Shown piece by piece: positions 1 to 8,096 of a DNA stretch of 64,000 nucleotides. Below the pieces are notes generated by a model. That model was not told the DNA's origin, did not search any database, and saw only the letters and a list, made by a program, of their open reading frames with translations. This stretch comes from Akkermansia sp. GTDB lineage: Bacteria > Verrucomicrobiota > Verrucomicrobiia > Verrucomicrobiales > Akkermansiaceae. Location: contig JAZNGY010000075.1 in NCBI GenBank assembly GCA_045576695.1, positions 46,097 to 110,096 of the forward strand, read 5' to 3'. Each line of letters starts with the position of its first letter. The first letter of the stretch is position 1. Made by a program: the position numbers and the translations under genes.

Positions 1-558
1 ATGCTGGCGGCCACCTACAACAAGATTGTGGAGCTCCAACGCCGGGGACGTGAGGAAGCAGAGCGTACCGCTGAAACCGAACGACGCCGGGCGGAGGAAG
101 CTGCCAAGCAGGAACAGGCTCGAGAGAATGCCGCTCGTGACTATGATATGGCCGTGAAGATGCTCCAGGCTGAGATTGCAGGTAATGAACGCCGTCTCGA
201 AGTCCTGAAACAGCAGCAGCGAATCACCCAACTGACGGCTGAATACCAACGTCAGGGGTTATCTGATGCCGAGGCTCGTGCTAAGCGCATGGTGGCTCTC
301 GAAAAGCAGCTCGAAGAAATGCAGGAAAAACAGAAGGAAAAGGAGCAGCGGCAACAGGGGCGTAGCCGCCAGCAAGGTACGCGTATCTCGGATTCCTTTG
401 CAGGTGTCGGCGGTGGCGGGCGTTCCGTTGTCATCGGAGGCCCACTTATCTCGGAAACGAAGAAGCAGACCCGCTTGCTGGAGGGCATTGGCAACAACAC
501 CAAGCGTCCTCCCACGGTTCAGGTTTCCGGCAATGTGGAGGCCGTTATCAGTCGTTGA
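1..558 (+). CDS. Tape measure protein, C-terminal fragment (5' truncated by window)
   Basis: Nearly the same sequence as the C-terminus of 46155-48578 (GGGGRSVVIGGPLISETKKQTRLLEGIGNN). Confidence 0.85.
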   Translation: MLAATYNKIVELQRRGREEAERTAETERRRAEEAAKQEQARENAARDYDMAVKMLQAEIAGNERRLEVLKQQQRITQLTAEYQRQGLSDAEARAKRMVALEKQLEEMQEKQKEKEQRQQGRSRQQGTRISDSFAGVGGGGRSVVIGGPLISETKKQTRLLEGIGNNTKRPPTVQVSGNVEAVISR

Positions 559-581
559 TTTTGACACCGGATTCTGAGTAT

Positions 582-1478
582 ATGGCAACATTACATACAG
601 GATTCGGCAGGAATGGCGATAGGATGGTGTGGTTCGGTAATACGGGCTACACCATCACCGGGCTGACGATTGAGCTCAGCCGAGACCGGGAAACCGGAGA
701 TACCGTAGAGCTTACCTATGAGGTACCGGAGGATGTTGCCATGAGCTCCATTCCGGAGATGGATTCTTCCATTGATGTCCTTTCTTCCGTGGCTCTGAGT
801 AAGGCCGTTGTGACTCCCGGCGTGGCCGGAATGGCCAGCGTAAAGCTGACCTATTCCAAGCCAGTTGTTGAAGAAGAGGAAGAGGACGATGACGATAATA
901 CTGGCGGCTCTGATGACGGCATGTCCGGTTCCGATGAGGAGGACAATGAGGAAGAGGGCTCTTGGACTCTCGGCGGCAATAAGTTTACCACCTCCTTTGA
1001 CGTGACCGTTGTAGACCAGCCTATCCTGACGCACCCTAAGATGGCCAGTATTTCCGGCGGGCAGTTGGAGTATCTCAAAGCCTTTATGGATGGAGCCCGC
1101 CTCTGGGAACTGGTTCCGGAGGTTGATGGCTCGGGTAAGCCGAAGCTGGATAGTGATGGGCTCCCGGTCATGAAGCAGCTCGGTAAGCTGCTCAAAACCG
1201 GGAGCAAGGCCTTTGACCTCATCAATAAGGGAGTTACCGCCTATAAGGATATTATGGCCACCTATACCGTACGCATGACCTCCCGCACGGATAAGTCCGA
1301 CATCAGCTCTGTGGGTAAAATCAACAACCCTCCCAAGGCTCCAAAGTTCCCGAATCGCACTTGGTTGCAGGTATCCTCCAACTGCTCCATGAATGATGAC
1401 GGCAAGACCTATACCATTGAGAACACATGGCTGCTCTCCGGCCTCGGTGGTTGGGACAAAGATTTGTATGGCTCTTAA
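582..1478 (+). CDS. Phage minor tail protein
   Basis: Follows the TMP; homolog of 48603-49496; acidic linker; ATG 582 follows the TTTTGACA motif. Confidence 0.7.
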   Translation: MATLHTGFGRNGDRMVWFGNTGYTITGLTIELSRDRETGDTVELTYEVPEDVAMSSIPEMDSSIDVLSSVALSKAVVTPGVAGMASVKLTYSKPVVEEEEEDDDDNTGGSDDGMSGSDEEDNEEEGSWTLGGNKFTTSFDVTVVDQPILTHPKMASISGGQLEYLKAFMDGARLWELVPEVDGSGKPKLDSDGLPVMKQLGKLLKTGSKAFDLINKGVTAYKDIMATYTVRMTSRTDKSDISSVGKINNPPKAPKFPNRTWLQVSSNCSMNDDGKTYTIENTWLLSGLGGWDKDLYGS

Positions 1479-1481
1479 ACG

Positions 1482-3440
1482 ATGAAGATTCCCGATAAAG
1501 TACGCGTTGGCGAAAAGCTGTCCGCCCGCTGGCTCAATCAGATTATCGACTGCCTGAAGGAGCTGGCCAAGGCTGCCAACATGGCAGGCAACGGAACATC
1601 TACCTCCAGCATTGAATACTCCGGCTCGGATTATCGAGATACCAAGTACCGGGGTACTGGTGGTACCGATTTGCAGGAGTTCCGAGTTGTGCCGTTCCAG
1701 TTGCGGTTGAAGCCTAAGCATCTGTGTGATGTAAGCGCAGATGGCAATTGGCCAAAGATAGCCCAGATTAAAGCTGGGGCTATCATTGACTATATGGGCA
1801 AAACGCGCCCGGTTCCGGAGAACGCCACCATCTACGACTACACGGAGGGCTGGGTTGATATCGGAGCATTTTCGGAGCAATTACACAAGGTCTTTTGCAT
1901 CATTAAGCAGAATTACAAGGGCGAAATCCTCAGCGCGGAAATTAGGAGCTCTGAGGAGAAGTTTGTCCCTTGGGGGAAGACAGAGGAGAATACCAAGGGT
2001 GATGGCGTTCTGTCTGTCTTCATTGGTTCCTACCAGCTCCGCAAGATTAACGAGGTCAACCGCGCCCATATCTATCAGGCGCATTGTGGCACGTTGGATT
2101 TGCAGACCGTGCAGGTGGAGAAAGCCTTTGATGTAAGTGAGGAGGACGGGACGGGTAGCGGTAGTGAAGATGGTAGTGCCTATTACACCGCACCGGAAAG
2201 CGAGGAGTACGAAAGCAAACCCGCCGGGCTGTTCCGCAAGCGGGATGAACACTTGTTCGTATTCAAAAAGCTCATTTGTGGAGAAGGACTGGAGCTGGCA
2301 GACGGTAAGAATCTGAAAATCACGCTACGCCGCGCCAATTCTGAGTGGTCGAATGGCTCCGGGGATGCTTCGTCACAGTCCTCCGATGCTCCTGTCATCA
2401 CGATTGGCGGGGTGGAGGATATTGTGTTCGATAGTGAGATTCTGGAACCGGAGATTGATATGGGGATTATCAGGATTCCCTTTGCAGATACCATCAAGGA
2501 TGTTACGGGAGTCATTTCCGGGCTGGTGGTTAGATACGCTCCGGCAATCCTGAATGATGACGGCACGGTTACGTTCTTGGGTGAGGACGGTTCGCGGCTT
2601 CCTGATACGCCCGCGCCCGTTGATGCCGGTTCTGATTCTGCGTCCGGTTCCGGGGCTGCATCCTACCACAATCAGATTGTTAAGGGCGTTATCTACATCA
2701 CGATTCCGATTTTCCAAGATGGCTCAGGGTCACAATCTTTGTCGGCTTCTGCCAGCGCAAGTGATTCCGCTTCCGGTTCCGGCTCCTATGAGGATACCGA
2801 ATCTGCTTCTGATTCCGCTACCGGGTCTATCTCTGATACGGTGACTGGCTCCGCATCCGGCAGCGGTTCCGGCTCCGGTAGTGGGTCTGCATCTGCCTCG
2901 GATAGTGGTTCCGCTTCCGGTAGCTCCTCGGCATCCGATAGCGGTTCGGTTTCGGCTTCGGCCTCTGTCTCCGGTAGTGAGTCTGTGGCGGGCTCTACGG
3001 TAGAGTCTTCCCCCGATGGCTCGGCTACAGAGGATTCCACCCCGGGAGGTTCAACCCCGGGCGAATCCTTACCGGGAGGCTCTACGCCCAGCGGTTCTGT
3101 TCCGGGTGGTTCCTCTCCCGGCTCTGAGGGTGGCAGTTCCTCCGTTGGATGTGATTGTGCCGTCAAACTGGAGGAGATGGCCGCCAAGATTGCAGCTCTG
3201 GAAGAGCGCATTGCAGAGCTGGAGAAGAAAGAATGCACCTGTAAATGTGGTGACCTGCTGGCTCAGATTCAGGCAGCGGTGGCAGCCGAAGCTCAGGCAA
3301 TCGCAGCAAGCATCAATTACGAGGTATCGGTCAATGGAGCCGTAGTTACCACCACGGAATACGGTACGCTCGTAGCAGACACCACCGGCTCTGTAACCGC
3401 AAACGGAGCTTCTGCTAGCTCAAACATTCACTACGAATAA
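1482..3440 (+). CDS. Ser/Gly-rich tail-associated protein with C-terminal Cys motifs and coiled coil
   Basis: 652 aa; SASASDSASGS-type low-complexity tract at ~2620-3145; CDC...CTCKC; homolog of 49503-51530. Confidence 0.7.
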   Translation: MKIPDKVRVGEKLSARWLNQIIDCLKELAKAANMAGNGTSTSSIEYSGSDYRDTKYRGTGGTDLQEFRVVPFQLRLKPKHLCDVSADGNWPKIAQIKAGAIIDYMGKTRPVPENATIYDYTEGWVDIGAFSEQLHKVFCIIKQNYKGEILSAEIRSSEEKFVPWGKTEENTKGDGVLSVFIGSYQLRKINEVNRAHIYQAHCGTLDLQTVQVEKAFDVSEEDGTGSGSEDGSAYYTAPESEEYESKPAGLFRKRDEHLFVFKKLICGEGLELADGKNLKITLRRANSEWSNGSGDASSQSSDAPVITIGGVEDIVFDSEILEPEIDMGIIRIPFADTIKDVTGVISGLVVRYAPAILNDDGTVTFLGEDGSRLPDTPAPVDAGSDSASGSGAASYHNQIVKGVIYITIPIFQDGSGSQSLSASASASDSASGSGSYEDTESASDSATGSISDTVTGSASGSGSGSGSGSASASDSGSASGSSSASDSGSVSASASVSGSESVAGSTVESSPDGSATEDSTPGGSTPGESLPGGSTPSGSVPGGSSPGSEGGSSSVGCDCAVKLEEMAAKIAALEERIAELEKKECTCKCGDLLAQIQAAVAAEAQAIAASINYEVSVNGAVVTTTEYGTLVADTTGSVTANGASASSNIHYE

Positions 3441-3442
3441 CG

Positions 3443-3685
3443 ATGGCCTGTAACTGTGAAAATATAGACACGAACGCTATCTGCAATGCAGCCCGGCAAC
3501 TCCTGCGCAAAAGGTTTGCCGAGCTGCTGCAGAATATCCCGTGTTCCCATACCAATAGGGATGCCTACTACAGCCCATCTCAGTATTGGTACGACTTAGA
3601 CCGGACTGACCGCCGCACGGTCAGCACCAGCATGAGCGTTGGCCTGCGTGGGACAACCATTGTCATTACTCTCTCTTACGCCTGA
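3443..3685 (+). CDS. Small conserved Cys-containing phage protein (MACNCEN...)
   Basis: Syntenic homolog at 51543-51785. Confidence 0.75.
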   Translation: MACNCENIDTNAICNAARQLLRKRFAELLQNIPCSHTNRDAYYSPSQYWYDLDRTDRRTVSTSMSVGLRGTTIVITLSYA

Positions 3686-3686
3686 T

Positions 3687-4889
3687 ATGAAAATTGACCT
3701 CAACAAGAACACCCGCTGCATCTCGATGTCTCCCTGGAGGCAATGCTTCATGCGCCGCATTTTCCACGAGCGCGGGCTTACCATGCCCCCGGTGACGCAT
3801 CCCATCATCCCGGAGAAGCCTACGCGCCCCAAGGAGCCCAAGGCTTATTCGAGTCTGGCTCTGACCTTTATCCGCCTGATTCTGGAAGCAGAGCGAGACG
3901 GCTTGCCGTATCTGATTATCTACGAGGACGATGCTTATCCCTGTGCAGCCCCTCAGGAAACGCTCGATAAGCTGCTGGCTGAGCACCCGCTCCCGGCTGA
4001 CTGCGGTTTGCTGTGTCTGGGTGATGCTAACGGCGTGAGCCGTTTCCGGGGGAGGCATACCATCCTGCTGGACTCCTGCCAACGGCCTTACACTCCGCTT
4101 GTTCCAAACAGGGCAGAAAACAAGGGGAGCCATGCCTTTGTGGTATTCCGGTCTGCCATGATTCCTTTCGTGCAGGCAATCGCCTCTTTTGGTGTAACGG
4201 ACATGTCGTTCTCCCGCATCCGCAATCATTGCGGCCTCCGGGCGTATGGCATCTTCTTCGACCCTATCTTTACGCAGCACCGCTTCAATGGCGGCAATGC
4301 CCCGGAGCCCGCACACCGATTCCCGGAGTACTTCTTGCATCACAAGGCAGAGCTGGATAAACGATTCCCAAGGCCTACTCAGCAGACGCGCCTATTGGCC
4401 AAATCCTCACCGCGCTTCTGGCTCTTTGCCAATCATCCCAAGGCGAATGCCGCCGCGCTGGGGATTGCTCCGGATGATGTATTGGTATTCCTGAACCGCG
4501 CCAAGCCTTATGAGCACCTGAAGGATTTGCCGAATCGAAAGCTCCTCATTGTTCGCCGCAATGCCCGGGATAAAAACTGGTTCATCCCCTATGGCAAGGA
4601 GAAAGAGATTTTCTCTCTGTTTGAGGATGTGCTGCTCCTGAGTGATAAGGCCTTGGCCAAAGAACGCTCGTGGTTCGATGAATACAAGGCTGCCACCAAC
4701 AATGCTTCACCCACAACAGGCTGGATTGCTTACCACTTGCTGCGGGATGATTTCCCGGATGCCGAGGTAGTGCTGGTCAACTTCAAGCCTGATGGCAACA
4801 ACGGCTCCTATAAGTGGCACAAGCACGATTGGCAATACGAAGCAGAGTATTACCGCAAGCACGAGATACCTATCAAAATCTTATTTTGA
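3687..4889 (+). CDS. Putative two-domain glycosyltransferase (GT25-like N-terminus, GT29/sialyltransferase-like C-terminus)
   Basis: LIIYEDDA (GT25-like DxD region); DDVLVFLN, SPTTG...EVVLVNF and HDWQYE resemble sialylmotifs L, S and VS; homolog at 51790-53001. Confidence 0.65.
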   Translation: MKIDLNKNTRCISMSPWRQCFMRRIFHERGLTMPPVTHPIIPEKPTRPKEPKAYSSLALTFIRLILEAERDGLPYLIIYEDDAYPCAAPQETLDKLLAEHPLPADCGLLCLGDANGVSRFRGRHTILLDSCQRPYTPLVPNRAENKGSHAFVVFRSAMIPFVQAIASFGVTDMSFSRIRNHCGLRAYGIFFDPIFTQHRFNGGNAPEPAHRFPEYFLHHKAELDKRFPRPTQQTRLLAKSSPRFWLFANHPKANAAALGIAPDDVLVFLNRAKPYEHLKDLPNRKLLIVRRNARDKNWFIPYGKEKEIFSLFEDVLLLSDKALAKERSWFDEYKAATNNASPTTGWIAYHLLRDDFPDAEVVLVNFKPDGNNGSYKWHKHDWQYEAEYYRKHEIPIKILF

Positions 4890-4904
4890 CACCTGATTGC
4901 AAGT

Positions 4905-6296
4905 ATGGACATCTTTATCAACACAGACAAGAGCCCGGCTCAATTGCAGGGCAAATCTACGGGTTCCCCGCTTAGCTCTTTCAAGGTGAAGCGCGGAGCC
5001 GTAGTTCCTCTGAGTGTCACGATTCTGGGCTGTTCCTCCGCTTCCGGTCTTCGCATGGGCATCAAGGCAAAGGGCAACTACGAGGGAGATTTGCTTATCT
5101 TTGCTGAAGCAGATTCCGGCACGCAGACAGAACAGGGTACCCGCTTTGATTTGAAGTTGGTTGCTTCCTCTCTTGCGCTGAATGACGCGCTCGATGTAGG
5201 GGAGGGTAAGGAGAGTACTCCGGCCACTTTGGCAGCCATGACCGAGTTTGCTTGGATGGAGGGCGGCGAAACCCGTCTTTCTGATACTCTCCAGACGACT
5301 ATCATCAATGATATTATCCGCCTTGCCACGGATGCCCCGGAGAGTGTTACCGGGGAATATCCCGCGCCGGATTTGGTGGCCACTAAGTCTTGGGTGAACA
5401 GCAAACAGGCTTCCGTTGATACCTCTGGATTCGTTATGCTGGGTACGGATGAAACTATTTCAGGTAAGAACGCTCGCCCGATAGGTAAAACTTCCTCCGG
5501 CAGTCTTGCCGTGGATATTTCCGGTCTTTCTGCATACGATATAGCCAAGGATAACGGCTTTGTCGGCACCGAAGAGGCATGGCTTGCCTCGCTCAAAGGT
5601 GAGCGCGGAGCCAAGGGTGAACAGGGCGAACCGGGGATTCAAGGAGTTCAGGGCGAGCCCGGAGAAGTAGACCCGCTCGTGGTTGCCGATGCAGTACAGG
5701 AGGCTTTGTACGAAGAGCTTTTAGAGGAACACACCTCCGTAGTAGGTACAACCGACATCAATTGCCGTTGGGCACAGCTCAGCCTTGCACATTGCCCACC
5801 CGCCGGGAATCTGAAATCCATCACGATTCCTTGTCGTTCTGCCAGTAATTCTGAAATGACCACGGCCTCTTCCTATCTCGGAGTATTCGAGGAGAACTCT
5901 TCCGGTAACTTCGTCCACGTTGGTACATCCACGAATGCGGTGAATCAGGCAGCCGGAGCCAATAGCATTTGGCTCTTCGATGGTGTATCGTTGAGTGGCA
6001 CCAAAATCCGATTGTCTCTCATGACTAACCGTACGTCCACAGCTCTGAGCACCTCACTCATTCTGGGAGCCAGAGGCGCGTATAACGATACGGACGGCTG
6101 TTATCTGAGCAATTCCAGTGGCGGCACGGAAAAGTACCTCATTGGCGCGGTATTCACAATTGGTACCCCGGGACCTCTGTTTACCCCGGCTTCGCATGAG
6201 GCCGATGCGACCCTCCATCTGACAGCCGATGAACACACGGCTTTATCAGAGCTTCTCGCCAACAAGGATGCCTTGCTGGCTCTTCTCAACCAATAA
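4905..6296 (+). CDS. Tail fibre / receptor-binding protein with short collagen-like segment
   Basis: GERGAKGEQGEPGIQG repeat; N- and C-termini shared with 55055-56452, central domain different. Confidence 0.7.
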   Translation: MDIFINTDKSPAQLQGKSTGSPLSSFKVKRGAVVPLSVTILGCSSASGLRMGIKAKGNYEGDLLIFAEADSGTQTEQGTRFDLKLVASSLALNDALDVGEGKESTPATLAAMTEFAWMEGGETRLSDTLQTTIINDIIRLATDAPESVTGEYPAPDLVATKSWVNSKQASVDTSGFVMLGTDETISGKNARPIGKTSSGSLAVDISGLSAYDIAKDNGFVGTEEAWLASLKGERGAKGEQGEPGIQGVQGEPGEVDPLVVADAVQEALYEELLEEHTSVVGTTDINCRWAQLSLAHCPPAGNLKSITIPCRSASNSEMTTASSYLGVFEENSSGNFVHVGTSTNAVNQAAGANSIWLFDGVSLSGTKIRLSLMTNRTSTALSTSLILGARGAYNDTDGCYLSNSSGGTEKYLIGAVFTIGTPGPLFTPASHEADATLHLTADEHTALSELLANKDALLALLNQ

Positions 6297-6313
6297 CCCC
6301 AAACTGCAACAAT

Positions 6314-6625
6314 ATGACCAACTCAGTTGTAACAGGCGGCATTGTGCTCGCCAATGCTCTGGCCGTGGTTACTATTGCCACCGCTACCGAGCTCAACCCT
6401 ATTCTGGAGTGTATCCAGAACGGGGCATCCGTAGGTGCCATCATGGGTATCTTCCTGTGGCGTGAAGTGAAACGCGCCGAGCGATACGAGACTCTCTACA
6501 ATGAGGAGCGTAGGCTTCGCCATGAAGCAGAGAGCAAGTGCGCTACTTGCCAGTTCGTCCGGCGAGCCAACGAGGAGCTACTCGAACGTATTAAGGACAA
6601 GGACGACAAGCATACGTCTACGTAA
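6314..6625 (+). CDS. Holin-like membrane protein
   Basis: Two hydrophobic segments and a charged C-terminus; homolog at 56477-56788. Confidence 0.5.
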   Translation: MTNSVVTGGIVLANALAVVTIATATELNPILECIQNGASVGAIMGIFLWREVKRAERYETLYNEERRLRHEAESKCATCQFVRRANEELLERIKDKDDKHTST

Positions 6626-7098
6626 GGCTCCGCTAAACGCAACAAAACGACACCTTGCCGGGTAGGAAGGGTATTTCCGGGAGCAACGGCTCCCCAACGG
6701 ACGCAGCCTCCTCTTGGCAAGGTGTTTTTTTGTACCTTGCCGGAGCCGGTTCCAAACACCCAACCGGAAAGCCTTGTCTTACGTTGAGCGAACGGAAGAA
6801 GTGTTTGCTATTAACGAGTTACGCTAAAAATAAGCTACTTCGATACCCCGCCACGTCTACCGCACCACGGAGGGAAGCGAACGCTAAGCTAATCACATTT
6901 GCAATGCTCTAAGAATAAGGATTTTGAGGTTCGTTTGAACAAAGAAAGGTAGCTGTATACTACCGCGTTTAGCGGAGGCGTGCAGAGGCGTTTGGGGTGT
7001 TTAAGCCTCCGGGATTGCATTTAACGGCCTGTTTTAGCCCCAACAGGGATGCAACCGGGTAGCGCGTAACCCGCTAAGCCATAGGCAAAAATGAAACA

Positions 7099-7128
7099 GG
7101 CGGCAGATTCACGAAAAATCTGCCGCCC
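7099..7128 (-). terminator. Hairpin downstream of tRNA-Ala
   Basis: ggcggcagatt-cacgaaa-aatctgccgcc inverted repeat. Confidence 0.7.
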
Positions 7129-7139
7129 GTCTGTAGAAG

Positions 7140-7212
7140 TGGAGCATAGCGGACTCGAACCGCTGACCCCTTCAATGCCATTGAAGTGCTCTACCAGCTG
7201 AGCTAATACCCC
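7140..7212 (-). tRNA. tRNA-Ala(GGC)
   Basis: Reverse complement GGGGTATTAGCTCAGCTGGTAGAGCACTTCAATGGCATTGAAGGGGTCAGCGGTTCGAGTCCGCTATGCTCCA; cloverleaf with anticodon loop ATGGCAT. Confidence 0.97.
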
Positions 7213-7328
7213 GTTGTGTGGTGTTGTCCGTATCGGACGGGCGAATTATACACGGATTTGCGGTGTTTGGCAAGTAAAAAGTGACAAAAAGTTTAAAAAA
7301 GGAGAAAAAAGTGTAAAAAAGCGGTATT

Positions 7329-7952
7329 TTAGGGGGTGATTTGGGGTTGACGGGCGCGGGAGTAGCGGAAAATGGCAGAGGAGAGCGCGGCGTAGAGGAG
7401 CAGTTCACTTACTTCTTCTGTGACGAAGCAGAGGTGAAGTTTCTCTGCTGTGATGCTACTGAGCACGGCTATGCTCATGAGGAGTAGCTCCCAGAAGGGG
7501 ATTTTTGTGTGGAAGACCGTTTTTTTAAGGGCCTTAAAGTTGCCTTTGCGGCACAAAGCGAGTAGGCAGAGTAGGATTACTGTGCCGCATATGCCGGTAC
7601 GTATGGTGGTACCGTGGGGAATTTCTTTCCATTTAAAATAATCTGAGGGCAGGCCGGAGTAAAAGAACTCTCCGTTACGGCTCAAAAAGAGCATGCGGCC
7701 GCAGTTTACTTCTCTGAGTATCATGAAAAAGATTACTGTGGCAAAAAACAGGTAGAGTGATTTGTCTGTCTGTGCGGTGACACAAAAGAGCAGACTGAGC
7801 ATCATGAGTATCATTTGGAGGTTTTCTAGCATGCCGTTTTCGTATGCCCATGTATCGGGCGCGTATGCATACAAGAAGGCACACGCAAGGACCACCAAGA
7901 ATGTCATGCATGTGGTGGGCAATATGGAAAAATCTAGTCTCTTTTTAAACAT
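7329..7952 (-). CDS. Host multi-pass membrane protein
   Basis: 207-aa ORF with several hydrophobic helices. Confidence 0.7.
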   Translation of the reverse strand: MFKKRLDFSILPTTCMTFLVVLACAFLYAYAPDTWAYENGMLENLQMILMMLSLLFCVTAQTDKSLYLFFATVIFFMILREVNCGRMLFLSRNGEFFYSGLPSDYFKWKEIPHGTTIRTGICGTVILLCLLALCRKGNFKALKKTVFHTKIPFWELLLMSIAVLSSITAEKLHLCFVTEEVSELLLYAALSSAIFRYSRARQPQITP

Positions 7953-8096
7953 AATTACATGGCTCTTTAGTATTCTATAATGTTAATTTAAAATTGCAAG
8001 AAAAAAGCGGACAGATTGTAGGGGTTAGGCAAAAAATAACATCGGCTCGTGGCCGAAGCCGCGAGCCGATTCCGGATGGTGATTATTTGTGACGCG

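Larger units (their letters stand above)
1..6700 (+). mobile_element. Right end of prophage 1 (tail module to holin-like gene)
   Basis: Gene-for-gene homologous to 48000-56790 of prophage 2; ends near the 3' end of tRNA-Ala. Right boundary is approximate. Confidence 0.9.

Noticed and set aside
591-1880. 429-aa minus-strand ORF and similar antisense ORFs across phage genes
   Set aside because: Shadow frames of GC-rich sense genes. The matching shadows in the two prophage copies reflect sense-strand conservation.
4905-6296. Diversity-generating retroelement acting on tail fibres
   Set aside because: No reverse transcriptase and no TR/VR pair differing only at adenines; the fibres differ by whole-domain replacement.
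1-6625. Assembly duplication of the tail module
   Set aside because: The two copies differ by many synonymous changes, indels, a swapped domain and a 2-kb insertion, so they are distinct prophages.
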